A stretch of 64,000 nucleotides of DNA from Lytechinus pictus. Taxonomy: Eukaryota. The stretch's first letter is position 1; each line of letters opens with the position of its first letter. The stretch is taken from NCBI RefSeq assembly GCF_037042905.1, contig NC_087245.1:14572001-14636000 (forward strand). Direction: 5' to 3'. Below are positions 37,067 to 49,995 of the stretch, one piece after another. The notes under the pieces were generated by a model. The model was given only the letters and a program-made list of their open reading frames with translations, was not told the DNA's origin and did no database searches. A program made the translations under genes and the position numbers.

Positions 37067-39808
37067 TGTTGCACCCACAAATGTAATAACGCCCACAAAT
37101 GTAATAACGCCCACAAATGTAATAACACTTTACCCACAAATGTAATAACGCCCACAAATGTAATAACACTTTACCCACAAATGTAATAATTTTTGATCGC
37201 CCACAAATGTAATAATGACTTTACCCACAAATGTAATAAATTTGAAGGAATTTTTGGCGAATCCGTTTTAAACTGAAATCCTATAGTAATGCGTTCATAA
37301 TTCATATAGCACAAAAGTGTAAAGTCTTTTTTCCAGACCCGATTAATTCAAAAATTATAATATGATTTAAAGTCTTTTTTCCGGACCTGGTTGTTTCAAA
37401 AATTATAATATAAGTCCAAAGTCTTTTTTTTCCAGACACGGTTATTTAAAAAAATATAAAATAAATCCAAACTAGGATACGATAATGATATTCCAGTGGA
37501 ATGAAAATGAGAATCGAGCTTAGTCTTTTCTCCAGACCCAGTTAATTAAAACTGATGGAATTAATGTCTTTGTTGTTGTTTGAACTTACACGGTGCGTTT
37601 TGTGAATATATGCGCTAAGAGTAAATTGAGAATCAAGCGTAGTCTTTCTCCACACCCGGTTACTTAAAACTAAAAACTACATCCTTATAGTAATGCGTTC
37701 ATATAGCACAAAAGTGCAAAGTCTTTTTTCCAGACCTGGTTAATTAAATATTTATGACATAAGTCTAAATTAAGTCTTTTTTCAAGACCCGGTTGTTTCA
37801 AAAATTACAACATAAGTCCAAAGTCTTTTTTCCAGACCCAGTTATTTCAAAAATTGTAATATAAGTCCAAACTAAGATACCATAATGATATTCCAGTGGA
37901 ATAAAAATAAAAATCGAGCTTAGTCTTTTCTCCAAACCCTGTTATTCGAAAATTATAAATAACAAAATAACAACAACAAAAACAGTATAAAGACCCCATA
38001 ATCCAATTAATGCTGGATAACATGGACATATAGCATAGTCTTTCAGCCAGACCCAGTTTTTTTTTCAAAATAACGCTAACAGTAATAATAAGAAAATTCC
38101 AAATCTAAGACCAAACAATCCTTCAACCTAAGAACCTGTTTTAAAAAGAGGTTTAGAGCATTGTCTTTATTCCAGACCTAATCATTAACAAAATTACCCA
38201 AAAAAAATCTTCTAACGTAAGACTATATCATATTCTTATTCTTCTGGAATAACACGAGTTTTACAACGTACTCTTTTCACCAGACCCGGTTATTAAAAAA
38301 AAATGAATAAAAAAAACTTCAACAGTTCAAATCTAAGACCAATCTTCAAAAGTTACACCCTTACTGGGTGTAACTGGGTGTAAAAATATGTATTTACCCC
38401 GCACCCAGTTTTTTTTTAATAATACTAAGACCCTTACAAAACATTCAAAACATTGTAATAATGCATGGGTAAAGCAAACATCCTTTCTCCAGACTTGGTT
38501 ATTATTTGAAGAAAAAAAAATAGTTTTTACAAATATTCTAAAATTGATACCCAAAAATCTAATTACTGTGGAATAACATGAAGATCGATTGTAGACTTTC
38601 CTCCAGACACAGTTATTTCAAGAATAAAAAAACAATAAAACCCAACCCCAACAACGAATCTAAGAACCAACAATCCTCCAAATTAAGACCATGTAGAAAA
38701 GCACATGTTTAGAGTGTTGTCTTTATTCCAGACCCAGTCATTTAAATAATAATTCAAACAGTCTTAAAAACACAAGACTTTGTCATATTCTTATTCCTGT
38801 GGAATAACACGAGTATTATGCATAGTATTACGTCTAGACCCGGTTATTTAAAAAATAAAGAAATATTGAGAAAAAAAAACTAAGACCAAATTTCAAAATT
38901 AAGCCCAGTTTAAATGCTTGGGTTTAGAGTGTTGTCTGTACCCCACACCCAGTTTTCTGAAAAAATACAAATTAAGCGAAACTTTAATCTTAAGACTTAA
39001 CCCCAGCATCTTCTTAACTATTAAAACCCTGTGATAAAGCATACCACAAAAACGACAAATTAATCATAGGCGTAAATGTTCATATCTGAATGATACGCAC
39101 CTTAAACCCAAGATAACAATAACAACGTTATTCTACATCAATGATATTGTGGGGTCTTTGTTGATATAGTTTTTTTTTTTAATTGTTTCTTATTATTTCC
39201 TATTTTGAAATAACTGAGTCTGGAGCAAAGACTACACCATAGGTCTTTGTTTTGTTGTTTTAGTTTGGACTTATATTATAATTTTTGAAACAACCGGGTC
39301 TGGAAAAAAAGACTGAACTTATATTATAATTTTTTAAACAACCAGGTCTGGAAAAAAGACTTTGAATTTATATTATAATTTTTTAAACAACCGGGTCTGG
39401 AAAAAAAGACTTTGGACTTATATTATAATTTTTTAAACAACTTGGTCTGGAAAAAAGACTTTGAACTTATATTATAATTATTGAAACAACCGGGTCTGGA
39501 AGAAAAGACATTGGATCATATTATACTTTCTTTATTAACCGGGTCTGGAAATAAAGACTTTGCACTTTTGTGCTATATGAGCGTATTACTATAGGATTTC
39601 AGTTTAGAACGGATTCGCCAAAAATCCCTTCAAATTTATTACATTTGTGGGTAAAGTCATTATTACATTTGTGGGCGATCAAAATTATTACATTTGTGGG
39701 TAAAGTGTTATTACATTTGTGGGCGTTATTACATTTGTGGGTAAAGTGTTATTACATTTGTGGGCGTTATTACATTTGTGGGCGATTATTACATTTGTGG
39801 GTGTAACA
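37067..39808. mobile_element. Non-autonomous Ginger-like DNA transposon
   Basis: Termini TGTTGCACCCAC...GTGGGTGTAACA. About 230-bp TIRs made of CCCACAAATGTAATAA repeats, flanked by C runs on both sides (CCCCC). Internal ~50-bp AAAGTCTTTTTTCCAGACCCGGTT repeats, inverted near the right end. Confidence 0.8.
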
Positions 39809-42800
39809 CCCCCCCCCCCCCCCGTTTTTTTCTTGCTTGATATTCGTAATGCTATGAGAAATAAAGTTCATGCTAATGTACTTTCTCAGTAGTACTCCTC
39901 TTCTTATACCAACAAAATCAGGATATTCAAGTGGCTAAGTGGGGCTCTTAATTTGTGGCCAAGTTGTTATAATTATTTAGGGCTTAACATTGCTAATTAT
40001 GATGAGTATGTTCATGAATGCCTAGCTGTTCAATCTATCAAAAGATATGGCTTTAGTGTAAAACTATGTAACAACTAATCAAACATGTAAAAGTCCCGAC
40101 ATCCTCGCGTAGATAATAGAAGCGACACGTGAGCGTATCGATTTTAGTGTTTAAGTATGCAAGCTTTTATTGTTCTGTTAACACGCCCCAGTCTTAATGT
40201 GAGGAAAGTACAAGCATGAAAGGAGTACCGATCGATATCAAACACTTAAGGGGGTATATACTTGGAACATATAGGGTCTCTCTCTGTGTTAGTATACCTC
40301 CGGCTTTTTAGCACGTTTAGATCCTGGATTAGCATTTATTATGGTCTAGACAAAGATCAGAATAAGAAAGGTGAACCCTCAGCCCTCCTTGAAAAACATA
40401 GTTTCTTTACAGAAAAACGACAGCGTAAAAATAATGTCCGTATATTTACGTGGAAACGGATTTCAGTCTCTTGGATCAAAATGAGTAAAATCACTGCATA
40501 GTAATGTATCTTACAATCTAACTTTACAAGGGTACTCCAAATTTAAAAGTAAAGGTCTGTAATCTGAATTATTAGAGTAAAGTAAATCAAATTAAAACTA
40601 AATGGAAAAGTTATCAAAATGGGATGAAAAAAGGCGGAGTTATGGCATCTTATTTGAAGCATTAGTTATTATATGATGTTATCTCGCGACCATTTCATTT
40701 TCATTTTATTATCTAAATCATAAACATTCAAATGAGCTTTTTCACGAATTGATCATGTTTAATGTAAATGGGACTATGCGATATTTGCAGTGAAATTGAT
40801 AATACAAATATTTGCTACATTTCGTTTATCAAGATTATTTACTGATAAACCATTTCCAATCTTATAAAAATGAAATTTGATATGTAATTTCTAATCATCA
40901 CGAAAATACTACACCCCCTCAAAACTCGAATTCCTTCGAAAAATAATGTTATATTAACTAATAATCAGCTTTCAAAGAACATAATCTATGATGATTATAT
41001 CATGTATACAAGATAGCTTGCGCATCCATTCGATATTTTTTTAAGATAAGGGCACTTTTCTATACAGCACATTTCTAGGTTACAGTAGAAATAGGAAAAC
41101 TTAAAAAGGGCATAAAATATTCAAGGCCAAGGAGAGGGACATTTAGCCAAATGAAAGGGCACATGGCCTTGGTGGCCTTGAATTAATTTTAGCCGAGATA
41201 GAGGTGCAACCAAGACTTATAGGCAGATGGTAGTAGAGGGCGCAATAGGAATTGAGCTGGAATAATAGCTTTCACAGTTCATGCATGCATGCAGGAGAGC
41301 CCATTCATTCGGTGATCGCACAGCGACGAGAAAAGACGCGCCGACTCTTATCCCATCAAACCTGTATCGGGAAATTATCTATATCATATCTAACTTTGGA
41401 ATAATAGTAATAATTATACCAGCTGTTTTATATATAAGGTAAGTTTTATTTTCTTCTTGATTTTGTCATCTGTCCTTTTTATATGATTATCGGAAAAGGT
41501 TTTCATTAATTTTCATCATTCCTTTTAATGGAGTTGGCGTCGATGCACGTCTCTTTTTACGGATAGTAGTCACTCTTCGATTTTAGATTATAACCTTTAT
41601 CAATATATCAACAGAAAACATTCGAAATTACCATTAAGTTATATCCCATGAATAATTGACAAAATGGCAGTGTCTTCAGTTTAATCAATATCGATTCTAT
41701 TAATCTTGTATCTTGCATTTTTATTGTAAAGAACAAAGTGGTTTTCAGATCCACTTTTATCTGGCTATTGATTTTATGACGTGCTGTATGTGAGACTTAT
41801 ATAGATTGCATTTCGACGCCTGTTTTTTTTTTTTTTCATTCATAGTGGTTAAAGAAATAAGTCACTAATTATGCATCCTATCCATTTTATATACTGTACT
41901 GCAAAATGTTTTGCAGTAAACCACACTGTATGAAACACGAAAGACTCTTTGTTACTTCAGGACTTTATGGTCGCGACTTCGTAGGAATATAGCTGATATT
42001 GACCAAAATTATTCTCACTTTCTGAAGCTTCCATGTTCTCAAACTATCTTTGGCTAGGATCTGTCCTGGTCTTCCTACATGTAACTTTATAGATCCATGC
42101 TCTTATCATATTTATCCAGTCAAATAAAGCACAACGTCTAGTGGAAAAATTAAAAAATATAAAATCTTATTTCTCATTAGTGCTTAATGTTATGGGGGTG
42201 TTCTCAAATACAATCATAAGGATATCATGGACGCGTCGTATAATCCTTCTGTTTAAAAATGGTTTTCATAACGATAAAAATGCATTTTATCTGTATCATT
42301 ATGTGGACTACAGCTGCAAAGCTATAATTCGCAAAACATATAATTATTTCCATCTTAAACAAAGTTTGAAGAGACAAGACATACTGATATAAAATCATAA
42401 CAGTACACCTTGAATCGGATCCACGAGCATTGTTTTGTAGGGGAGGTTAGCGTTCTTTTAATAATGGTCCCAGTCAACTTGGGGCACGGATTCGATTGAT
42501 GAGATTGAGTATCCATTCAGCAAAAAGAATCGGAAATTTCTCTTGAGAAATTTAGAAAGTGAGCCCAGAGCTCCGAGTCTCTGTTTTCAACGTATATCGA
42601 GAGGTAGAGTGAAGAGGTCGGAGAGTGACATGGACACAATCGTTCGAATTGGAATCCATACGATTGAAGATAGACTTAATTTAAGATCTGGTTCATCTTA
42701 CTACCATGGGGGTGTGTTCATGTGTAGGGGTAGAAGTCCCCAAGCTCCGAGGCCTCGAGGTCCCTCACCTTTCTAACTTTTCAGTGACGTTTAAAATGGG

Positions 42801-45800
42801 TTTTTTGGGGGCGGGGATTGGTGTTCTCCGCATAGAACATTTTCTCCTTGGTTGACATGGAGTTATTTTGATAATTACAATGCGCTTTTATTTAACTCTT
42901 AACACATTGAAATGTAGTATGGAGTTACATTATTAAGTATATCATTATGCATTCGCTCACCTGATTATGCCTTGCCCGGGGATTATGCCAGCAATGAGCA
43001 CTCAAATCGCTAGGATAGCTAAGTTAGGAACTCTTCTATTTTCATTAATGTGCGAAAATATGGTTGGAGAACGATCATGAAATTTATTTTCCCTTCTCTC
43101 TTTATCATAATTATTTGTGACGTACATGAAATACCATGAATCAGGGAGCATAAATGGAATAGTGCATAAACACGGTAACGATTTATTGAACCATGTCAGG
43201 ACTTGGTGGTATTTTTTATATTTCTTGGGGGTAGATATTGTTCGTCAAGTTCACGTCATCTTTCAAAATTTGTAAATAATGGACTCACGCAAGGGTCCCA
43301 TTATAATTCACCGATCAATCTCTGTCACATCCGTGAGTGAATGGTCTATGAATGAAATTAATACGGATTTCTACCAGCATTTTTTTTATTTGCCGTACTG
43401 TCTTCAACTTATTTTTTTTTTCTGGATTTAACTTTCGATCAAATATTTATATTGGGGCCTTCTGATTGTTCAATCATTTGAAAAGTAGTACATTTTGTAT
43501 ACAGTATCCACCCCTCGTTCGCCATAACATTTGTCTTCTTCATTTCGCCATTAAAATGTATATATATTCAAATACATTTAACTGGTTGATGTACAAACAA
43601 AACCTAGAACGCCGCACAGTGCAACTGGGGTAGCTTTCGCGAATGGGTGTGTGTGTAGGGAGGAGGGGGGGGGGGTAACTTCGTATGATTGTTGATGAAC
43701 ACCCTGTCAATGATTAGGTCTTGAATGCAGTGTTTCAACAATATTGAAGCATACGGTTCCTTTACATTTCTCACACAGTTCCTTGTTTTCGGAAAAAAAT
43801 ATTTTAATTATAAGTTGCATATCTGTTGTGTTTTTGTTTATTTGTAAATGGCTAATTAACTTTATCTAAGCAAATTAATTTGTTCCTGATTAGTGTACAG
43901 TGATTTACAGAGTCTTTTTCAATTTATGTGATGCACTAGCATTCTAGGTACATGTAGGGGGATCAGGAAGAAAAATAGGCATATAATTGGTGATTATGTA
44001 AGGATAAATAAGGAAAATATTGGGCCCCACCACCTGAAACCCATCCTTCAAAAATAAACCTTGTAAATTCCCTAATTTTGTAGAAGAAATGGAAGTAGAT
44101 TGTTTGTGGATGCTTAAGGAGTTGTAGACTTTCCCTCTCTTTGAAATCTAGTATGTACAAATCCTCTTAACCAGACTAAAAATGTACTGTAGGAACATTG
44201 GCAAGCGAAGATAAATCCTAGGATAAGTATGTGTAGGAAACATTAACAACCGGGGAAACCTTCAAAATGGCAGCAACAAAAAAGGGGGACAATGCACGAT
44301 CCTTACATGTAAATACATATACTTTTAAGGTGATATTTATCTTAAGAAAACTGAGAAAATGTCAATGAAGACAGAGGTGGAAGCGGAGAGCTGAGACATG
44401 TTAAAGTTGGCGTCATGACACGTTTGAATAAAAAAAAAGTTGGAGGTAAAATCTTCTGTGTCAGTAAAATTGTTAAGCACGTTATATATCCGGTGCAAAA
44501 ATAATCTAGTTCTCTATAAACAATGTTTTTAATCTTAAGTGTCTTGTCCATTTATCCCAGAAAGTCCAGAAGCTTGATTCATAGCTTTAAAAATACGATA
44601 AGTTATTGTAAATAGATTTAACAATGCCAATATTGACAATCAATTCGAATTCAGATTTACAAGTCGATATAAATCATCGAATTGTACGCTGACTGTGATG
44701 GGATGCAAAAAAAAAAGAAAATAGTTTTTTATGCCAACCGATTCGAGAAACAAACTACACCTGAAGTGAATAAGAAAGACCAATTGTTATTTTATTGTTA
44801 TTGACCATGAAACTTCATTTTCAAATTTGTGACAAATGTGAGAAGTAGTGGTCGTGTATCGTGAGAATAGAACACCCATCAAAAGGAATATGACGTCGGA
44901 ATTCATTGTCCATTGTTATTCTACGCCCTTATTTTTCATGGATAATTCTTTATTTTGTGTTGAGCATCGTTTTGATGACAATGCAATATGGAAGAAAGAG
45001 TTTTTCTAGTTTAGATGGTTATTTTGTTTTGATCATGGTTATTAGAGGGGAGTAACCGTCTTGTCCAGGGAATGATTAAACAATTTTGACAGAGTGGCCG
45101 TCGTAGTTCAGCAAAGCAACTGATAGTACAGATACTGAAGCCTTAATTTGGTCCACCTCATTATCAGCTCGCCAGTTTCGCTCGCTCCTTGCTATGTTCT
45201 CAATGATGTTTGTGTTCGGCGATGACCTTGGGAGTGATGTTCTTCTTCAGTGCCGCGTTGTTGTTGGTTCCAAAAGTAGTTCGTTCACATTTATTTATTA
45301 AGCAGTAAGGACATTTACAGATATACAACAATGATGTCACTAATGTACCCAAGGTCAAATATCTTTTTACACAATGTTTACAAACAGTTGGAACCTCGTA
45401 GTATAGACGCACTACTATAGAATACATCGCTAACGGGAATTCAACGATTTCTTGATATTTTTCTCCCCATTTCAAATGTCTGTACCACACCAAACGTTTC
45501 CTTGTGTATTTTGATTGATCTAAGTGAATCATAAACAGGATGAATACATATTTTCCAGGGTAGTTCCTTGTGGTCTAGTTCACACTAGTCTTTTTTTTCT
45601 AAACATTGTTTCCTCCTATCCTAAATTGACAAATGAATGATTTATGTGATTTGAAAACAAAACAATTTTCATGGTGGTTTGATTTTATGACTCTGAAATA
45701 AAAAGCTCTTTTAATACAAAAATTCCCTTTCTGAATTTTTTAAATGATAATTCATATTTCATGTTTGATTGGTTTTAAGTAAACCATTCTCTGGTTTGTT

Positions 45801-45942
45801 TTGTTTGTACCGATTCAGAATCATTCGTTTGAATCTTTGTAAGTTTGTTTAGTACTTAGCATTTTGTATGCTTTCTGTATACTCCACCTCACCCGCGTTT
45901 CCGGAACATGCTGGAGTATCAATTGAACAAATTGCATATCAT

Positions 45943-46101
45943 GGGGAGCGTTTCATCAAAGGACTTGTCAGAAGTTTTATCCAACAAGTCCTGTTTTATC
46001 CGACAGTTACCATAGTAACAGTGCCTCTCAGCCAATCAAAATCAAGGAAAGTTGTCAGATCTGGCAACTTGTCAGACAAAAATGTTGATGAAATGCTCCC
46101 C
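45943..46101. mobile_element. PIF/Harbinger-like MITE
   Basis: TIRs GGGGAGCGTTTCATCAA...TTGATGAAATGCTCCCC; 159 bp; TSD imperfect. Confidence 0.75.
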
Positions 46102-46783
46102 TGGCGTCACTTGGTGACGTCAAAACACGTCAATTAAGTCACGTGGGTTAGTCTTATGATTTAAATATTTACATTATAGACTGTATTATCTATCATTCTC
46201 CATAAGACCGTTGAAAATCTTGAAAATTTTCACTCTTATACATTTGTATTTTCCCGGAGTGAAGATACGACACATACTGTTTAAACAAGAGGACCCGAAT
46301 GAAGTAATCTTTGATCAAAACATAAAAAAGAAGATTAGTTACTTAAACCGGATATTCGTCTAGGAATCGGGGCATATCGAAACCAAATGAGAAGACAGAT
46401 ACAAAAAATATCTATGCAGTTGTGTAATACGTATTTGTAGAACTGTTTCTTGATATTTGTCTTAATTTAATGAGGATCACATTTTCCCCTGTCATCCTGA
46501 ACAAATAAGATTTCATCCAAAGTTAATGTTCAATGTAGGTATCATTGATATATTGTATATAGTTGCTTTTTCTTTTCAGTAAATGTTACTTTTACGTGAC
46601 AGATATGTTTGAAATACAAATTTACTAGTCGTTCGCTACTTTCCAAAGGGTATAAAAATCGTAATCTGTACAGTGTTCCAGTTGATGAACCTCACAAAAA
46701 ACACGTGGCTATCAAATGACGAAATTTAAACGGTTTGTCCTTGATTGGAAAGAAAGTCGACTCGACGATTCATTAACCGGGAT

Positions 46784-46816
46784 TGAACTTTGACCTCGAA
46801 CGTTGAACTTTGAACT
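46784..46816. promoter_or_regulatory. Two tandem DR1 nuclear-receptor elements
   Basis: TGAACT-T-TGACCT (46784-46796) and TGAACT-T-TGAACT (46804-46816), 20 bp apart. Motif match only. Confidence 0.4.
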
Positions 46817-49669
46817 TCCATTTGACATTTCCAATGATATTGAGAGCTATCAATGGATCTTACATAAGGTAATGACCGACTTTGTTTTATTATTATTTAC
46901 TATTCTGCCCTTTGAAATGAATTGGCCCTACATTAGTTTTTGAAAAAAAAAGTTCCACTATTTATTCTTTCTAAATGGTTTGATTGCAGGGCAATATTAA
47001 TTGACTCTATTCATTTCACTTTCTGATCTTCCCTCAACATGGTGTCTCTTAATGCATTTCCGAGGAATCAAAGTAAGTGAACAAAATAACCTCATTTGTG
47101 ATTATCGCTATTATGGTTTGCTGCATAACGTAGTCATAATGACTATCATGCAATGCTTCTTGTGGTAATGTGAAAATCTGACATAAATTAAAACTAAAAA
47201 AACGCGATATTCTTTTTGCTGCAGTAAGAAGTGCATAGTCCATTTATAGCATTTTTTTACAGAAATATAGGCCCCGCCCTGCAGTGGATTTGGAACTGGT
47301 CCTAAAACCATGACTTCAGGTATAACGAATCGTACCTTCTCATTAACTCTCATTATCTGATATAATGAACCTTCAACATTGTTCAGACGATGAAAATAAC
47401 GATATCCTCGTATTTTCCGTCAATTTATCAGACGATCAACAACTTTCATTAAATTGAAATGACTCCACACAACTTTTTTGTATACCTCAAAGGTTAAATT
47501 ATAAAGCATTCACAAAGAGTTACTGTCCATTGTAACGGTGACCTAGTTATGTATTATTATTGTATTCTATTCTCTCGAGGCACTGAAAAGTGGAGCGCGC
47601 GCTTATACTATAGCAAATAGACTGAAAATTGGGCCCAATTATGTATTTTCTTCGAGTCTCTAGGATATTTATAGTGGATCCCTTCCTTTCAAACCTATAT
47701 TGATAATGTTTGATAGTTTGCTCTTATCATTTGTTATGTTTACTCCTGGAAAATGTTAAAATTTATGTTGGAAATTAAACAAGCGCTAATTTGAATTTCA
47801 ATATTAGCAGTAGATTACAACTTTTGTTTCGGGCGAAGGGGTGTTGCCAAAATCTCCATATTCTGAACCATTCTGAATGGTTGGGTATAAAGTAATGGTC
47901 ACATTTAGAGATTCCCATTCAAATATTCATTTTGGACATGCTGGATGTGAAATTCAGCTGCAATATTGACAGACTGCTGGAATATCACTCTTGTTTCTAC
48001 AATAGAAATGAAAAAATGGTAATGGTAAAGAAAAATGGTAATTTGTGAGGTTTTCGCGTCATATCAAGAGACAATCTTTTTATGACGTACAAAAAAAAGG
48101 AATAGCAGCAAAGTTGTACTGCTATACGTTGTTGTGTTGGAAATGAATTTGATATATGATCGCGCACTAATTTTGACAAGATATATCACTACTCTTGGTA
48201 AAAAGGGAGAATTGATGAAAGTCGTTGGCCCGAAGATAAAAGGGAAATTCTTTCTGCAGGTGAACTCTCGAATTACATCCAACAAAAGAAACGAATACTA
48301 CCCGAAAAATCGTGTGATCTGAAGGGGTTTGAGGGAAAACAGAAAACTCGACTCTTTTGTCTGGTGTCGATCTAGAAACTCTTGAAGTGGTTTTTTTAAA
48401 CAGGGTGTACATAGAAAGGTTCAGGTCAGTGAATCGTGTTTTAAGATATAAAGAACAATCAAAGACTGAAACCTTTTATTTCCGAAGAGCTCTTCAGTGT
48501 GAAGGATAGTGTTGTGTTTAGTTGGTACCAGTTTACATCCCTATCATTCATGTATACCTTGTATACGCAAAGCGGCTTGCCAAACAACGGGATTATAAAA
48601 TACCACCTCGAGTTCTTAACTCACAACATAAAGTAATCATTCATGTGATCACGACTGTTTGCGTAAAGATTAAAGGTGCGTACAAATTACTACGTTATTT
48701 TATCCAGATGAGTAATATTCACGCAGAATTGTTGTTTCCTGTTCTTTTTCTATTATCGGTTTTAAAACCAAATTATTTTTGTAATGTTTTATCCAAACCA
48801 GTAGCGTGAGCGATATACTCATTTATAATTTTTTTTTGGGGGGAGGGGTGGGCAACCCCCCCCCCAAAAAAAAAAACACGGAGGTTTGTACCAAGAAGAG
48901 GAGAAATATATATTTAATTAATCATTTTTTTTTAATTTCGCAATCTACCAGATATCCCAAGATATTCGGTGCAAATACAATATTTACAATGCGAGCAATA
49001 ATCAACAAAAAGGAACAGGCCTTAAATTATTTTTGTGGAGCCTCATACATCATCCCTCAATAACGGTTGTCTGTTGACCAAGAAATGTTAATCTAAATTT
49101 ACGAGGTAAAATATTTGTTATTTAAAATGATATCGTATGTCATTTTATGCATCGTGCAATTGATCTATTTTTGTCTATATTAAGCTGCCCACTTTATTAA
49201 TTTGTTTGTGGTTGAATACAAATCTTACTAATTCAGAACGGTGATTAATGTCATGTCCGTGGTTCAGATTGCAGAGCATGCCAGCGCAATTTATCATTCT
49301 ATTTGCAGTTTATAATGTCACCCTTCGCTCATGAAATTCACATTTATTCCGATTGTCAGGGCCTTTTTCATTTCCAAGGAGTTGTCATATTAACGCGTGT
49401 GAGCCATTTGGGGGTTCATTCGGTGACTTCAATTCAACAACTGGAAGGTTTGGCGGAGGCGGCCCCTATACCCCTTGCCCCCATTAAAGGAAACAACATC
49501 ATCAGTCATCAGTCTCTCCTCAACATGGGCTACAATTAAAATGGATTTATCGAACAATAATCATGATAATGAAGAGGAGAGAGAAAATTAAATCCTTCCA
49601 TTTCAGCAACAAATAACCAGTGATTGAAATATGCAGGGGAGTGAAAAGGGTATAGGCCCTATCGTCTAC

Positions 49670-49995
49670 TATCATTTGGTCTATCATCACTTCGTCTTCT
49701 ATCCACATGGCTAAATGCCATTTCGTCCACTCACCATTTCGTCTAATAACCAGTTGGTCCAATAGCCATTATTGGACTAAGTGTTAATTGGGCGGAATGA
49801 ATGAAAATTAAATCGATATTAGACCAACTAGTTATAAGACGTAATGGTCATAGACGAACTGGTGATTAGACGAAGTGATGATTGGACGAAATGGTTGTTA
49901 TATACGAAATGTTGATGAACGGAATGGCAGTAGACTAAATGAAGGTAGACCATGTGATGAGTGGACGAGTTGGAAATAGACGAAGTGGCAATTGG
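49670..49995. mobile_element. Small diverged foldback element of 16-bp TAGACNAA repeats
   Basis: Reverse-oriented units (TTCGTCTA/TTGGTCTA) at ~49670-49770, then forward units (TAGACGAA/TAGACCAA) at ~49770-49995. Related to the arrays at 1401 and 3578. Confidence 0.7.

Noticed and set aside
36972..39806. Repetitive LLHLW/YYICGR ORFs
   Set aside because: Translations of the tandem repeats in the TIRs.
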